Source of the DNA: an uncultured bacterium
Lineage (GTDB): Bacteria > Omnitrophota > Omnitrophia > Omnitrophales > Aquincolibacteriaceae
Direction of reading: 5' to 3'
DNA: 64,000 nt
Assembly: GCA_964482725.1 (NCBI GenBank)
Contig: CAYZYT010000001.1
Location: 270,912-334,911 of the forward strand
Shown here: piece by piece, positions 9,436 through 19,342 of the stretch
Layout: every line of letters begins with the position of its first letter
Position numbering within the stretch: the stretch's first letter is position 1
Made by a program: the position numbers and the translations under genes
The notes under the pieces: generated by a model
Databases searched by the model: none
Told to the model about the DNA's origin: nothing
The model's input: only the letters and a program-made list of their open reading frames with translations

Positions 9436-10137
9436 ATGAGAAAAAAAAGGATGTTTCATGAAGGTCGGCTTTGGAGGGCCATGGAAGGTTTTACTCTGGT
9501 CGAAACCATGGTCGCCATCGGTTTTTTTTCACTCCTTTCTCTCGCCATATTTTCCACCATCACTTCTGCAAACGCTATTTTGCGAATGCAGACTTTAAAC
9601 GCCGGCATCAATCAAGGCGGCATGCAATTGCTCCGATCGCTTGCCCGAGAGATCGCCGAGAGCAGTCCCGTCGCCGACCAAAGCCATTTAAGCGTGACTT
9701 CGGATCCCAATCCCAATCCGGACTATCCCCCTTACAGCAATGTGAGATTCCAAGTTCCGATTGATTTGGATGGCGATGGCGACCTCGTGGACACCGCAGA
9801 TCCAACAGAGGCCTTAACCCAATTAGTGAAGTGGGGTGCCTACCGATTCGTGAGAACCCCCCAAGCACAGTCCTGGTTGAACGGATGGGTGCGATACCGT
9901 GTCGTGAACGGCCAGCTTCTACGAGAGATCCTGGAATCTTCAAACGGTGCCATACTTGCAACCGATATCATCGTCCTGGAAGATGCCCTGGAATTCAACA
10001 TCACACAAGTGAGCACCAATCGCTACGGTATTGTTTTAACCATAGGAAAACAGGATACCATCGGCCAGAAAGGCCCCACCGCCAGAACCTATCAAACAAC
10101 GTTCGACGGAGATGTCATGTTAAGGAACGGAGGGTAA
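9436..10137 (+). CDS. type IV minor pilin (PilW-like), prepilin N-terminal methylation motif
   Basis: GFTLVETMVAIGFFSLLSLAIF class III signal motif. Alternative starts 9451/9481 are in frame. Confidence 0.65.
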   Translation: MRKKRMFHEGRLWRAMEGFTLVETMVAIGFFSLLSLAIFSTITSANAILRMQTLNAGINQGGMQLLRSLAREIAESSPVADQSHLSVTSDPNPNPDYPPYSNVRFQVPIDLDGDGDLVDTADPTEALTQLVKWGAYRFVRTPQAQSWLNGWVRYRVVNGQLLREILESSNGAILATDIIVLEDALEFNITQVSTNRYGIVLTIGKQDTIGQKGPTARTYQTTFDGDVMLRNGG

Positions 10138-10141
10138 TCCC

Positions 10142-11689
10142 ATGAAAAAAAGAACGCGTCATAGCCAAAATATACTGAAAGACCAGAGAGGTTTTGCCTT
10201 GATCAGCGTCTACCTGGCGGCCATAGTGGTCTTGATCGTTTCAAGCGCCGCCTTCGGTTCTGTTTTTTCCGAATCGCGTCATATTGAGCGGGAGATCACA
10301 AGAACCCGGGCCTACGCAGCCGCTGAAGCGGGACTGCAGAAGGCCTTGGCGCAGGTCGCTCAGCCCGCAACCGCCTACACGGGATTCATCAATACGGCCA
10401 GGATGCCCTTCTCCGGCGAACAATCTTTCCAGTCAACCACCGGAACCCTTGTGGGATCCTTTTTTGTGACCTTTAATTATCCGAATCAAGCCGATTGGGT
10501 CGTCCTTTCGGCGACCGCAACGGTGAATGGTGAAACCCGCAGGCTAGAGGGGCGGGTCTTCCTTCAATCAAATCTTTCAAAATATCTCATGTACGCAAAC
10601 TCGACCACCGTCGGACTCGGAAATAATTTAGTCCTGGGAACAAGTGATGGCGTTAACCCCCAAGGGGTTCCCGTCAACCCAAACGACCGGGCCGCGTTAT
10701 ATTACACTAATGATCTGGATTTTTCGGGATCCAACATCCATATCTATGGAGACACTCATGCGGAGAATTTTATCAGCGGAAGCAATTCCAACACCATCCA
10801 TGGAGACACTTACGTGGGAGGATTCGCTTGGGACAACCTGGGCCGGGTCACAAATGATGGCATTAACGGAACCCTCACCGTAGGCGATGGATTTAGTGAT
10901 GACATCGACCGCGACCATAATGGCACCATCAATGCGAATGATTATGCCGATCGGCATGATCTTTTAAAAGCACCGGACGAAATGAAAGTCTACAATCAGG
11001 ATGCCCGCCGAGAAGAGGTCTTGGACACAATAAATCTCAATTTTTATCAAACCAATAATTCCAGCGTTGCTGCAACGCGCGGCTATGGAACCACAACAGC
11101 AGAGCGCTATTTTGTTTTCACACCCAACGCTGCCGGGACCCAAACCAACGTGGCCGTTTATAACACCCAAGCCAAGTACAACACCGCTAAAGTCTCCGAC
11201 CAGGTCGATGCGTTCACGTTGCCTGCAGGCGCGATCCTCTATAATAAAGGACGCGCCCATGTCAAAGGCACCATCGCCGGCCGCGTAGCCGTTGTTTCTT
11301 CTGACGATATCCTTTTTGACGGAAATGTCAGGTACGCGGGCAACAATTCTTATTGCTCCGCGCAGAATTCCGCCGCCTTTTTAGCCAAAGATCAGATCTT
11401 TTTCCGTCCGGAGAGCCTGGAAGTAAGCGGGATCATTTACGGGGACAGGACTGACAGCCACCCGGGCAATCTGGCCATTGATTCTGATTATAACGTAAAC
11501 GGTCAGGTCCGTCCCCAAGACAAGGCCAACGGCCATTTCCGGCATTTCGGCAATCTGATCATTGACGGGACAGGAAACACCTCGAACTACACCAATGACC
11601 GTGCTTATGTTTACGACCCGAATTTAAAGTATTACCGCCCGCCCGGACTGCCGGTCAAGCCTGAGCTGCGCATGGTCAGGGAAATATAA
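10142..11689 (+). CDS. PilX-N-terminal-domain pilus assembly protein (large, beta-helix-like repeats)
   Basis: N-terminus QRGFALISVYLAAIVVLIVSSAAFG resembles the PilX_N domain. 515 aa, rich in G/N/T/D repeats. GGAGGG RBS. Confidence 0.6.
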   Translation: MKKRTRHSQNILKDQRGFALISVYLAAIVVLIVSSAAFGSVFSESRHIEREITRTRAYAAAEAGLQKALAQVAQPATAYTGFINTARMPFSGEQSFQSTTGTLVGSFFVTFNYPNQADWVVLSATATVNGETRRLEGRVFLQSNLSKYLMYANSTTVGLGNNLVLGTSDGVNPQGVPVNPNDRAALYYTNDLDFSGSNIHIYGDTHAENFISGSNSNTIHGDTYVGGFAWDNLGRVTNDGINGTLTVGDGFSDDIDRDHNGTINANDYADRHDLLKAPDEMKVYNQDARREEVLDTINLNFYQTNNSSVAATRGYGTTTAERYFVFTPNAAGTQTNVAVYNTQAKYNTAKVSDQVDAFTLPAGAILYNKGRAHVKGTIAGRVAVVSSDDILFDGNVRYAGNNSYCSAQNSAAFLAKDQIFFRPESLEVSGIIYGDRTDSHPGNLAIDSDYNVNGQVRPQDKANGHFRHFGNLIIDGTGNTSNYTNDRAYVYDPNLKYYRPPGLPVKPELRMVREI

Positions 11690-11708
11690 AAAAAGGGAGG
11701 AGCATTTT

Positions 11709-11999
11709 ATGAAGGAGATCAAGTTGATTCATGTCGCGATTGCGCTGATCCTTGTTCTGTCAGCAATAGCCATTCTGCAGTGGGCAACACTTCCCAAAGG
11801 CGTCCGGCCTCCTGTAGCAGAATCTTCCTCGGAATCCGACCAACTCACGAAGCTCCCGGTACTACCGCAAAATGAGCTCAGCAAACCCATTGCGGTTCCA
11901 TTTGCTGAGGAAGAACCTTCCTTTTTTGAAAAAAGTTCTTTGGCAAACAACGACGAGCCAAAAGATTCTTCCTCGAGCAGTGGAAAGCCCCTGCTCTAA
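11709..11999 (+). CDS. small membrane-anchored protein, last gene of pilin operon
   Basis: N-terminal TM helix IHVAIALILVLSAIAIL. Ser/Pro/Glu-rich tail. GGGAGG RBS. Confidence 0.4.
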   Translation: MKEIKLIHVAIALILVLSAIAILQWATLPKGVRPPVAESSSESDQLTKLPVLPQNELSKPIAVPFAEEEPSFFEKSSLANNDEPKDSSSSSGKPLL

Positions 12000-12026
12000 G
12001 ATGGGGTTTGTTTATTCTTGCGCGCT

Positions 12027-12179
12027 TTAACCCAGGCCAAGCCTTATCTTGATCGCCTGGTCGACCTTGCCTTGATAATCCGCAGGAAGGTGTCCGATCT
12101 TTTTCTCAAGGCGTTTTTTATCCAGTGTACGGATATGAGGGACTGTTCTTCTGGGATTGCACGAGGACTTCCTTGACGC
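12027..12179 (-). pseudogene. remnant (C-terminal ~50 codons, no start codon) of a MazF/PemK-family toxin gene
   Basis: Own translation of minus strand: ...CNPRRTVPHIRTLDKKRLEKKIGHLPADYQGKVDQAIKIRLGLG*. Matches MazF/PemK C-terminal consensus (IRTIDkkRL..kIG.L....KVd.AiKi.LGL). In-frame TAG immediately upstream, no Met. Confidence 0.4.
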
Positions 12180-12200
12180 CTATTCCCTACACCCTAAACC

Positions 12201-12542
12201 CTAGTTTTTATCTTCCCACGCGCAAACTTTAGGAACCTGCAAGAATCCGTTGTATTGAAGGAAGGAAACGCCGAGATACTCTTTTCCGGTGGCATTCTCG
12301 CGGAAACGGAAAACGCCGGCCGTCAGCTCCGCTGATTTCGCATACCCCTCGCCCTTCGCAATTTTTCCCGCGGGGATCGCCGGATCCCCATTATTGTCCC
12401 GGCAAACTCTGTCGGAAAGCATTCCCGTTTGGGCGGCTTGGTAGAATTTGTTGGCAGGATGGTCTTTCGGGATAGAAGGGATCGTGACATCCGCCGGAGC
12501 GGAACAGCCGGAAATTAGAATGGCCAAACTCATGAACGTCAT
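12201..12542 (-). CDS. small lipoprotein (hypothetical)
   Basis: Start chosen at MTFMSLAILISGC (lipobox LISGC) rather than ORF-track start 12668. Confidence 0.45.
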   Translation of the reverse strand: MTFMSLAILISGCSAPADVTIPSIPKDHPANKFYQAAQTGMLSDRVCRDNNGDPAIPAGKIAKGEGYAKSAELTAGVFRFRENATGKEYLGVSFLQYNGFLQVPKVCAWEDKN

Positions 12543-12661
12543 CCTGAGCGAAGCGAAGGATCTCGTTTGAGATTCTTCGGCCTTCTGCCTTCTTCGAAGG
12601 CAAGAAGCAGGTTTCAGAATGACAAAACGAGTGAAGGGTTCAGTGATTTTTTTCAAAAGCC

Positions 12662-14053
12662 TTACCATTTTCCAGTCTTCTGGAAAGAAGGTTTGGGGTG
12701 ATGCTGGATCGTAGAGATCGCTTCCTGCAAAAGAGAATCCGGAAGGGAATATTCTTTCAGATCCCCGTTCAGGAACTTGTCATAGCCGGCAAGATCCATG
12801 AGCCCATGGCCGCTGTAACAAAAGAGGATCGCTTTCTCCTTCCCCTCTTCGCGCGCCTTGATCGCCTCGTCGATCGCGCAGGCGATCGCATGGCTTGTTT
12901 CCGGAGCACAGATCGTTCCTTCCGTCCTGGCCCAAAGCATCGCCGCTTCATAACATTTAATCTGATCGATCGCGCGGGGTTCCATAAGTCCCTCGACCAC
13001 GCCCTGGCTCACCAAGGGCGACATGCCGTGATAACGCAAGCCCCCGGCATGGATCGGCTCAGGGATAAAAGTGTGTCCGAGCGTGTGCATGGGAAGAAGC
13101 GGCGTCATTTTCGCCACATCCCCGTGATCATAACTAAAGGGCCCGCGGGTCAGGGTCGGGCACGCCGTCGGTTCCACGGGGATGATCCGGATCTTCGCTC
13201 CGTGGATCTTGTCGCAAACGAATGGGAATGAAATACCGGCAAAATTGCTTCCGCCGCCCGCACATCCGATCACGATATCCGGCTGTTTCTCTCCGGCCAG
13301 GGCAAGCTGCTTTTTCGCTTCAAGACCGATGATGGTCTGATGGAGCATCACGTGATTAAGCACGCTTCCGAGGCAATAGCGCGTCTTGCCGCTCGGATCG
13401 CCCACGGCCTCTTCGATCGCCTCACTGATCGCAATGCCAAGGCTCCCGGGGGTTTTTGGATCTTTTTTCAGGATCTCCCGTCCGGCATGCGTTTCATGAC
13501 TCGGACTCGCAACGCAGTTGGCTCCCCACACCCGCATCAGACTCTTGCGAAAGGGCTTCTGATCAAAACTGATTCGCACCATGAACACCTTGCATTCGAG
13601 GCCTAGGAGCTGGGAAGCAAAAGCGATCGCGCTCCCCCATTGGCCGGCGCCGGTCTCCGTCGTAAGCTTTTTAATCCCGAACTGTTTGTTGTACCAGGCC
13701 TGCGCCACGGCGGTGTTGGGCTTGTGGCTACCGGCGGGGCTGACGCTTTCATCCTTATAATAAATACGCGCGGGAGTTTTCAGATATTTCTCAAGATAGA
13801 TCGCCCGCTTAAGCGGTGCGGGGCGCCAGCGATAAAGCATCTCCAGGATCTCTTCGGGGATATCGATCCAGCGGTCCGTGCTCATTTCTTGCTCGATCAG
13901 ATTCCCCGGGAACACCTTCTCGAGCATATCCGGAGAGATGGGGTTGCCATCCGGCCCCAGCGGCGGCTGCATGGGTGTCGGCAGGTCCGCGGCCATGTTG
14001 TACCACTGTTTCGGCATGTCTTTTTCACTGAGCGTGATCTTGATATTTTTCAA
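12662..14053 (-). CDS. trpB: tryptophan synthase beta chain, TrpB2 type
   Basis: 463 aa; TrpB2-type N-terminus ([25 protein letters not shown]), PLP-fold motifs ([22 protein letters not shown]). Confidence 0.85.
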   Translation of the reverse strand: MKNIKITLSEKDMPKQWYNMAADLPTPMQPPLGPDGNPISPDMLEKVFPGNLIEQEMSTDRWIDIPEEILEMLYRWRPAPLKRAIYLEKYLKTPARIYYKDESVSPAGSHKPNTAVAQAWYNKQFGIKKLTTETGAGQWGSAIAFASQLLGLECKVFMVRISFDQKPFRKSLMRVWGANCVASPSHETHAGREILKKDPKTPGSLGIAISEAIEEAVGDPSGKTRYCLGSVLNHVMLHQTIIGLEAKKQLALAGEKQPDIVIGCAGGGSNFAGISFPFVCDKIHGAKIRIIPVEPTACPTLTRGPFSYDHGDVAKMTPLLPMHTLGHTFIPEPIHAGGLRYHGMSPLVSQGVVEGLMEPRAIDQIKCYEAAMLWARTEGTICAPETSHAIACAIDEAIKAREEGKEKAILFCYSGHGLMDLAGYDKFLNGDLKEYSLPDSLLQEAISTIQHHPKPSFQKTGKW

Positions 14054-14335
14054 CTCGGGCTCCCTCTTTTTAAAAATTTCATAACTATTTCCCTCAACAA
14101 TGCAGCGGGGAATATCCTAAGACTGCATATAGTTTATCCATTTCCAGAAAATAATCATCGGGTTTTTTGCTTTGAAAGCAATCCCAGTGCGACTCGTCAT
14201 TGCTCAGATCGCCCCAGCGAGGCGATCTTCACTCGCGCGCCGTCCTTGTCATTTTTTCCTTAATTGTAGACAAGGACTGCCCCAATTTTCACTTCGTGAA
14301 AATTGATAGGTATTGGGACCGACTTCACTCGGCGC

Positions 14336-14474
14336 ACAGGAATCGTCAGGAGACAGCTCTCGGAGCTGATGGAAGCTCGGCCCTGCGCGACAGAGCAGGT
14401 TCCATCAGCGAGAGCGCAGGCTGGCATTCGCCGCGGGAGCGAATGAACAGCCGGTGTCGAAGGACGATTCCTGT
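14336..14474. other. nested multi-stem palindromic element (candidate structured RNA / regulatory element)
   Basis: Perfect 12-bp outer pairing acaggaatcgtc (14336-47) with gacgattcctgt (14463-74). Inside it sit a 7+9 bp bulged stem gctctcg-gag-ctgatggaa / ttccatcag-cgagagc (14356-74 / 14400-15) and a 7-bp hairpin cattcgc-cgcggga-gcgaatg (14425-45). Confidence 0.35.
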
Positions 14475-14609
14475 ACGCCACCTTGCCCGTTCCGTCTCGC
14501 GAGCGTGCCTCCCCGCACTGGGATCACTTTGTGTCTGGAAGGAGGGACGCGCCAAAAAAATTTTGCGTTCGCCGTTCCACGTTCTCCCTTTCCCGTATAT
14601 AATCCCCCC

Positions 14610-16802
14610 ATGCGAAAAGCACTTTCTTATATTATTCCCGCGCTGATCCTCTTCGGCGTCCTTGCGCTCCAATACAGTTTCCCGACCGAGATCGAATCGT
14701 TTCGCGCCAAGGTCTTCGACATTTTTCAAATGATCAAGCCTCGCGTTTATCAGGACACGCCGGTGCGCATCATCGACATCGATGACGAAAGCCTGGAAAA
14801 GATCGGGCAGTGGCCGTGGCCCCGGACGATCCTCGCGAAACTCGCCTCACGCCTGGCCGCGGGCGGCGCTACCGTGATCACCTTTGACGGGGTCTTTCCG
14901 GAACCGGATCGTTCTTCCCCAAAGAACATGCTTTCCCTTTGGGGGGAAGGCGCGACCGATGAACTTTTACGAGCTCAGCTCGACATGATCCCGGACCACG
15001 ACACGGTTTTCGCAGAAGCCATTGCCAAAGCACCTGTGGTCCTCGCCTTCGGGCTGACGAACGAATCGCATTCAAAACTTCCGGCATTAAAAACGGGATT
15101 TCTAGAACACGGGACGAGCAAGGACCCGGCTATTGACTACATCCAGCCTGTTTTTAAAGGCGCGGTCGTAAATCTCCCTCTCCTGGAAAAAGCCGCAAAG
15201 GGCAATGGCTGTTTTAATATGGGGACAGAATGGGATAACATTATCCGGCGCGTCCCGGCGCTTTTCCGGTTGAACAACACCCTTTATCCGGCCCTGGTCC
15301 TTGAAACCCTGCGTATTTTCCAAGGAGCTTCCGCTTATAAGATCACCCTCGCCGGCGCCACAGGCGAAACTTCCTTCGGAGAAAAAACCGGCCTTGTAAG
15401 CATTAAGACCGGCCTGTTGGAGGTCCCCACCGACGCCATGGGCCGGATCTGGCTTTACGACACCGGCTACAAAAAAGAACGCTTTGTCCCCGCCTGGAAA
15501 ATTCTTTCAAATGACAAGCTCCTCGAAGAGATGAAGGAAAAGGTTCTTTTCATCGGCACGAGCGCTATGGCCATGAAAGACATCCGCGCGACGCCGCTCA
15601 ATCCGCACGCCTCCGGCGTTGAAGTCCACGCTCAGATCGTGGAGCAAATGTTCCTTGGGGATTTCCTGGAACGGCCGGACTGGGCCGCAGGTCTTGAATT
15701 CACTTATCTGACTTTGCTCGGGATCCTGCTTATTTTGATCCTCCCCAAGGCGGGCGCCGTACGTTGCGCCGTGATCGCTTTCCTGGCGATCGTCTCCGCG
15801 TTCGGGGCTTGCTGGTATGCCTTCGTCCGTTGGCATTTTTTGATCGACCCGGTCTTCCCTTCGTTTGCTGTCTTTGGGATCTACCTGGCATCTTCTTTCC
15901 TGAACTTCCTCGGCACGGAGCGCGAACGCGGTCAGATCCGCGGCGCCTTCGGCCGTTATCTCTCCCCCGCGCTCGTCGAACGACTTGCCAAAAATCCCGG
16001 CCAGCTGAAACTCGGCGGCGAGATGCGCCCCATGACATTCCTTTTCATGGATATCCGGAACTTCACCGGGATCGCGGAAAAGTTCACGCCGGAAGAGCTC
16101 ACGCAATTTATGAACCGGTTTCTCACGCCCATGACCGACATCATCCTCCGGCTCGGAGGCACGATCGATAAGTACATGGGCGACTGCATCATGGCGTTCT
16201 GGAACGCGCCGTTCGAAGACAAGAACCACGCGCCCCACGCCTGCCAATCGGCCCTGGAGATGCAGCAATACCTGAGCACCACGCCGGGCTTTGAAGCCAT
16301 ACGCGTCGGGATCGGCGTCAATACCGGCAACGCCTGCGTCGGGAACATGGGATCGGAGCAGCGTTTTGACTATACAGCGCTCGGGGATGAAGTAAATCTC
16401 GCTTCCCGGATCGAGGGACTTTCAAAAAATTATGGCCTCACGGCTGTCGTAGGCCAAAACACCGTCGCGGCAGCGCCGGGATTCGCCACGATGGAGATCG
16501 ATCTCATCCGCGTCAAGGGAAAGACGAAGCCCGTCAAGCTCTTCGCGCTTTTGGGGGATACGGGGTTAGAAAATCAGACGCTTTTCAGGGAAGTCCGGGG
16601 ACATTTTGAAAAGATGCTTTCGGCCTACCGGGCTCAGCGGTGGGATGACGCTGAAAGAGCCCTCGATAACTGCCGCCACATCACTCTTCCAGGCCTCGAC
16701 CTTGGCGTGCTTTACGAACTTTACGTCTCACGCATCCTCGCCTACAAGATCAATCCGCCGTCTTCCAGTTGGGACGGCGTCACGACCGCCTCGTCAAAAT
16801 GA
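14610..16802 (+). CDS. CHASE2 sensor domain adenylate/guanylate cyclase (class III)
   Basis: Start at ATG 14610 (MRKALSYIIPALILFG), not ORF-track 14454. CHASE2 hallmarks (IIDIDDESL..GQWPWPR), multi-TM region, then cyclase domain (FLFMDIRNFT..., GDCIMAFWNAP). TATAAT ends 6 nt upstream of ATG. Confidence 0.8.
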   Translation: MRKALSYIIPALILFGVLALQYSFPTEIESFRAKVFDIFQMIKPRVYQDTPVRIIDIDDESLEKIGQWPWPRTILAKLASRLAAGGATVITFDGVFPEPDRSSPKNMLSLWGEGATDELLRAQLDMIPDHDTVFAEAIAKAPVVLAFGLTNESHSKLPALKTGFLEHGTSKDPAIDYIQPVFKGAVVNLPLLEKAAKGNGCFNMGTEWDNIIRRVPALFRLNNTLYPALVLETLRIFQGASAYKITLAGATGETSFGEKTGLVSIKTGLLEVPTDAMGRIWLYDTGYKKERFVPAWKILSNDKLLEEMKEKVLFIGTSAMAMKDIRATPLNPHASGVEVHAQIVEQMFLGDFLERPDWAAGLEFTYLTLLGILLILILPKAGAVRCAVIAFLAIVSAFGACWYAFVRWHFLIDPVFPSFAVFGIYLASSFLNFLGTERERGQIRGAFGRYLSPALVERLAKNPGQLKLGGEMRPMTFLFMDIRNFTGIAEKFTPEELTQFMNRFLTPMTDIILRLGGTIDKYMGDCIMAFWNAPFEDKNHAPHACQSALEMQQYLSTTPGFEAIRVGIGVNTGNACVGNMGSEQRFDYTALGDEVNLASRIEGLSKNYGLTAVVGQNTVAAAPGFATMEIDLIRVKGKTKPVKLFALLGDTGLENQTLFREVRGHFEKMLSAYRAQRWDDAERALDNCRHITLPGLDLGVLYELYVSRILAYKINPPSSSWDGVTTASSK

Positions 16803-16811
16803 CCGCTTGCG

Positions 16812-16880
16812 GTCATCCCCGGAAGCTTTCATCGGGGATCTAGCAAATGGATTCCCGACAAAAGCATTCGGGAATGACAT
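16812..16880. repeat. copy 1 of ~66-bp bipartite palindromic MITE-like element (termini GTCAT...ATGACAT)
   Basis: gtcatccccggaagctttcatcggggatc + ggattcccgacaaaagcattcgggaatgacat; two hairpins. Near-identical copies at 31120-31187 and 50790-50853. Confidence 0.6.
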
Positions 16881-16912
16881 AAGAGCAGCCCACCCCTCTG
16901 ATCTTATAAAAA

Positions 16913-17833
16913 CTACGATCCTTTAGAAACCGAGTATTTGGTGCCGCTATCCGTATTCGTTTTTCTTTCGCCAGAATGATCTTTGGCGGAATTTGCCGTA
17001 GAAGTCTGAGCCGCATCCTGAGCGCCAAGCGTACTTGTCTGATTCATACTATCCACATTATTGAGAAGATCTATCAACGACTGAGTGTCGATCTGTCTCT
17101 TCGGTAAAGAAGAAGGGGTCGCCTCCGTTCCCGGGCCCGCTGTTCCGGGGCCGGTCACCTTCTGTCCGAGTGCCACGGCAATCCGGTTCAGATCGGCTTC
17201 CGAGACCTGGAACACCGCCACTGGTGCGCTGTTGGGTCCGTCAACGATTGTCGCGTTCCCGGCGGTATCGATATCCACCCCCACGACCTCACCATTCACG
17301 ACATTGGTCACATAAATACGCCCCACACCCACGGGGCCCAAAAGCACGACGGTCGTTTTCTGACCGTCAATGATCCCCGCGACATTGGTCCCGCGAAAGC
17401 CGATGGACCCGGCCGGAAGATCAACCGACATGTTCTCCGATTTTTTGTGCGCCACCTTGCCGGAAACGACACGGAAGATCCCCTTCACCATGCTCGCCTT
17501 GACCTTTCCGTCATCATTGGCCGGGTCATACACGAATTCATCCACCGTGATCGCGCTTAAAGCTCCGAGCGTGAAAACCGTCTGATCCAGAAGCAGCACC
17601 TGCAGCTGTCCATCTGCCCCCGTTTCGATCTTATCGCCCATAAACACCGGGTCCCCGCTTTTCAGGGGATGTGAAACTTTAGACGGAGGCGTCGTCGCCT
17701 TGACCTCGCCTTTCACCGCCGCCGCGACCCCTGCCTGCGTCAATTCCGCCGGAGCGGCATACAAAGCTCCCACAGCTCCAAGCATCATAAGAACAGCGAT
17801 GGTCCCTATCCCCAAAAAACATTTCTTTGTCAT
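16913..17833 (-). CDS. secreted FecR-domain protein
   Basis: Signal peptide MTKKCFLGIGTIAVLMMLGAVGALYA. FecR-like core (GDKIETGADGQLQVLLLDQTVFTLG...IDEFVYDP). Paralog of next gene. Confidence 0.6.
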   Translation of the reverse strand: MTKKCFLGIGTIAVLMMLGAVGALYAAPAELTQAGVAAAVKGEVKATTPPSKVSHPLKSGDPVFMGDKIETGADGQLQVLLLDQTVFTLGALSAITVDEFVYDPANDDGKVKASMVKGIFRVVSGKVAHKKSENMSVDLPAGSIGFRGTNVAGIIDGQKTTVVLLGPVGVGRIYVTNVVNGEVVGVDIDTAGNATIVDGPNSAPVAVFQVSEADLNRIAVALGQKVTGPGTAGPGTEATPSSLPKRQIDTQSLIDLLNNVDSMNQTSTLGAQDAAQTSTANSAKDHSGERKTNTDSGTKYSVSKGS

Positions 17834-17935
17834 AAAAACTCCTCGCATGAGCGTGGGAAACCAACAAACGTTCAAGGTTCGGAAAGTTTAAAGGATCCAT
17901 CCTTCAAACAGGCATTGTCCATTATTTTCGTATTA

Positions 17936-19339
17936 TTAATAACCGTTTACGATACGATTCTGGGGAGGTGTCGGCTCCGGCGTCAGCCCCGGGCTTCGTG
18001 TTCCTTCGGTAGCTCCACTCCCCTTGTTACGGTACATAGGATCCTTATTATCATAAACAATAGAAGAAAATGCATTTTGCGCAACCACGCCGTTGGCATT
18101 TTGAAGCGTAATCGTCGCGCTGATATTGCTAGGGTTAGGGATACCGCTACCGATCGCGGGCGAAAAGACAGCGTAAGAACCCGCACCGCTATTGAAAGAA
18201 ACCGGCGCGATTTCGACATAGCCGGTATTAATATTACCGCCGGCCTCGCGCGTATCAATATTGATAAAAGATTTCCCGCCCCCTATGGTTTTCGTCCCAA
18301 AATTAATGTCTATAGAAGTGGACACCGTTCCGACATGGGGTGAGTAGGTACTACCGTTTGTCACTGTTTGAATAAATTCCCCTGTCCCAGCATAATGATA
18401 CTCACCCGTCGTAATCCTGGAAAGTTCGGAAATCAGCGTAGTGCCATCAGCAATGCTCCCGCTCTCCGCAGCCGCATCCTGGGCGGCCGTCGTGGAGGTA
18501 TCATTATTCGTATCACTCAGACCGTTCAGGCCCTGGGCCGTATCGCTGTTCTCTCCCGTCATGAAAGTGCCTTGTCCGGATTCGTCCGTCGCGGAGCCGC
18601 CGCCTTCTCCCGAATTGCTTCCCCCGCCTGACGGAGCGAGCCCCGCCGTAAGGCCATTGATATCTGCCTCGGAAAGCTGAAATGCGCCCGAGACACTTCC
18701 GTCCGCGCCCACCGTCACGCCAAAACCTGTATGATCGACATCCTGCTGGCCCGAATTCTGCCCGTTCCCTGTAATACTGAAACTCCCTGGCTGCGCTCCC
18801 GCGTTGTTATTAGCGCCGGGACCCAAAAGCGCCGCAAGCGAGGGCCCTCCTGGGACCACATTCCCGCCCACGATCGTTCCGCGAATACCGATCGTCGCCG
18901 TCGGAAGTTTGAGCGTCACATTGCTCGGTTTCTTGGCAGCGATCTTTCCGGACACATAGCGAAAAACACCTTTCGCAATGCTGGCCTGAACTTTCCCGTC
19001 CTGGGTCTTGGGATCGTAAACAAATTCATCGATCACGAGTAGGGTATTGGGGCCGATCGTGAAAACGGTCTCGTCCAGGAGCATGATCTGTAGATTCCCC
19101 TGCGCGTCCGTACTGATCTTATCCCCCAGGTACACCGGCTGACCGCTTTGCGCGATACGCCCCACCTGGCCCGGCATCATCAGCTCCACCTTGCCTCTCG
19201 CCGCCGCCACCACGCCGATCTGCTCCATGCCGGCAGACACACCCAGAGGCGCCGTCACGGCAACGGGCATTTGGGCAAAAACAGCCGGAGCGGAGAGGAT
19301 CATAAAGAACGCTAAAAAAGAAGCGAGTGTCTTTTCCAT
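17936..19339 (-). CDS. secreted FecR-domain protein with long Gly/Ser/Thr-rich beta-rich C-terminal region
   Basis: Signal peptide ...SAPAVFA-Q. Same FecR core as 16913..17833 (GDKISTDAQGNLQIMLLDETVFTIG...IDEFVYDP). 467 aa. Confidence 0.6.
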   Translation of the reverse strand: MEKTLASFLAFFMILSAPAVFAQMPVAVTAPLGVSAGMEQIGVVAAARGKVELMMPGQVGRIAQSGQPVYLGDKISTDAQGNLQIMLLDETVFTIGPNTLLVIDEFVYDPKTQDGKVQASIAKGVFRYVSGKIAAKKPSNVTLKLPTATIGIRGTIVGGNVVPGGPSLAALLGPGANNNAGAQPGSFSITGNGQNSGQQDVDHTGFGVTVGADGSVSGAFQLSEADINGLTAGLAPSGGGSNSGEGGGSATDESGQGTFMTGENSDTAQGLNGLSDTNNDTSTTAAQDAAAESGSIADGTTLISELSRITTGEYHYAGTGEFIQTVTNGSTYSPHVGTVSTSIDINFGTKTIGGGKSFINIDTREAGGNINTGYVEIAPVSFNSGAGSYAVFSPAIGSGIPNPSNISATITLQNANGVVAQNAFSSIVYDNKDPMYRNKGSGATEGTRSPGLTPEPTPPQNRIVNGY

Positions 19340-19342
19340 AAA

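Noticed and set aside
14454-14609. Extended N-terminus (52 extra codons) of the CHASE2 cyclase ORF
   Set aside because: The extension is Pro/Cys/Arg-rich and overlaps the structured intergenic element. A TATAAT box immediately precedes the internal ATG 14610, from which a typical signal-anchor sequence begins.
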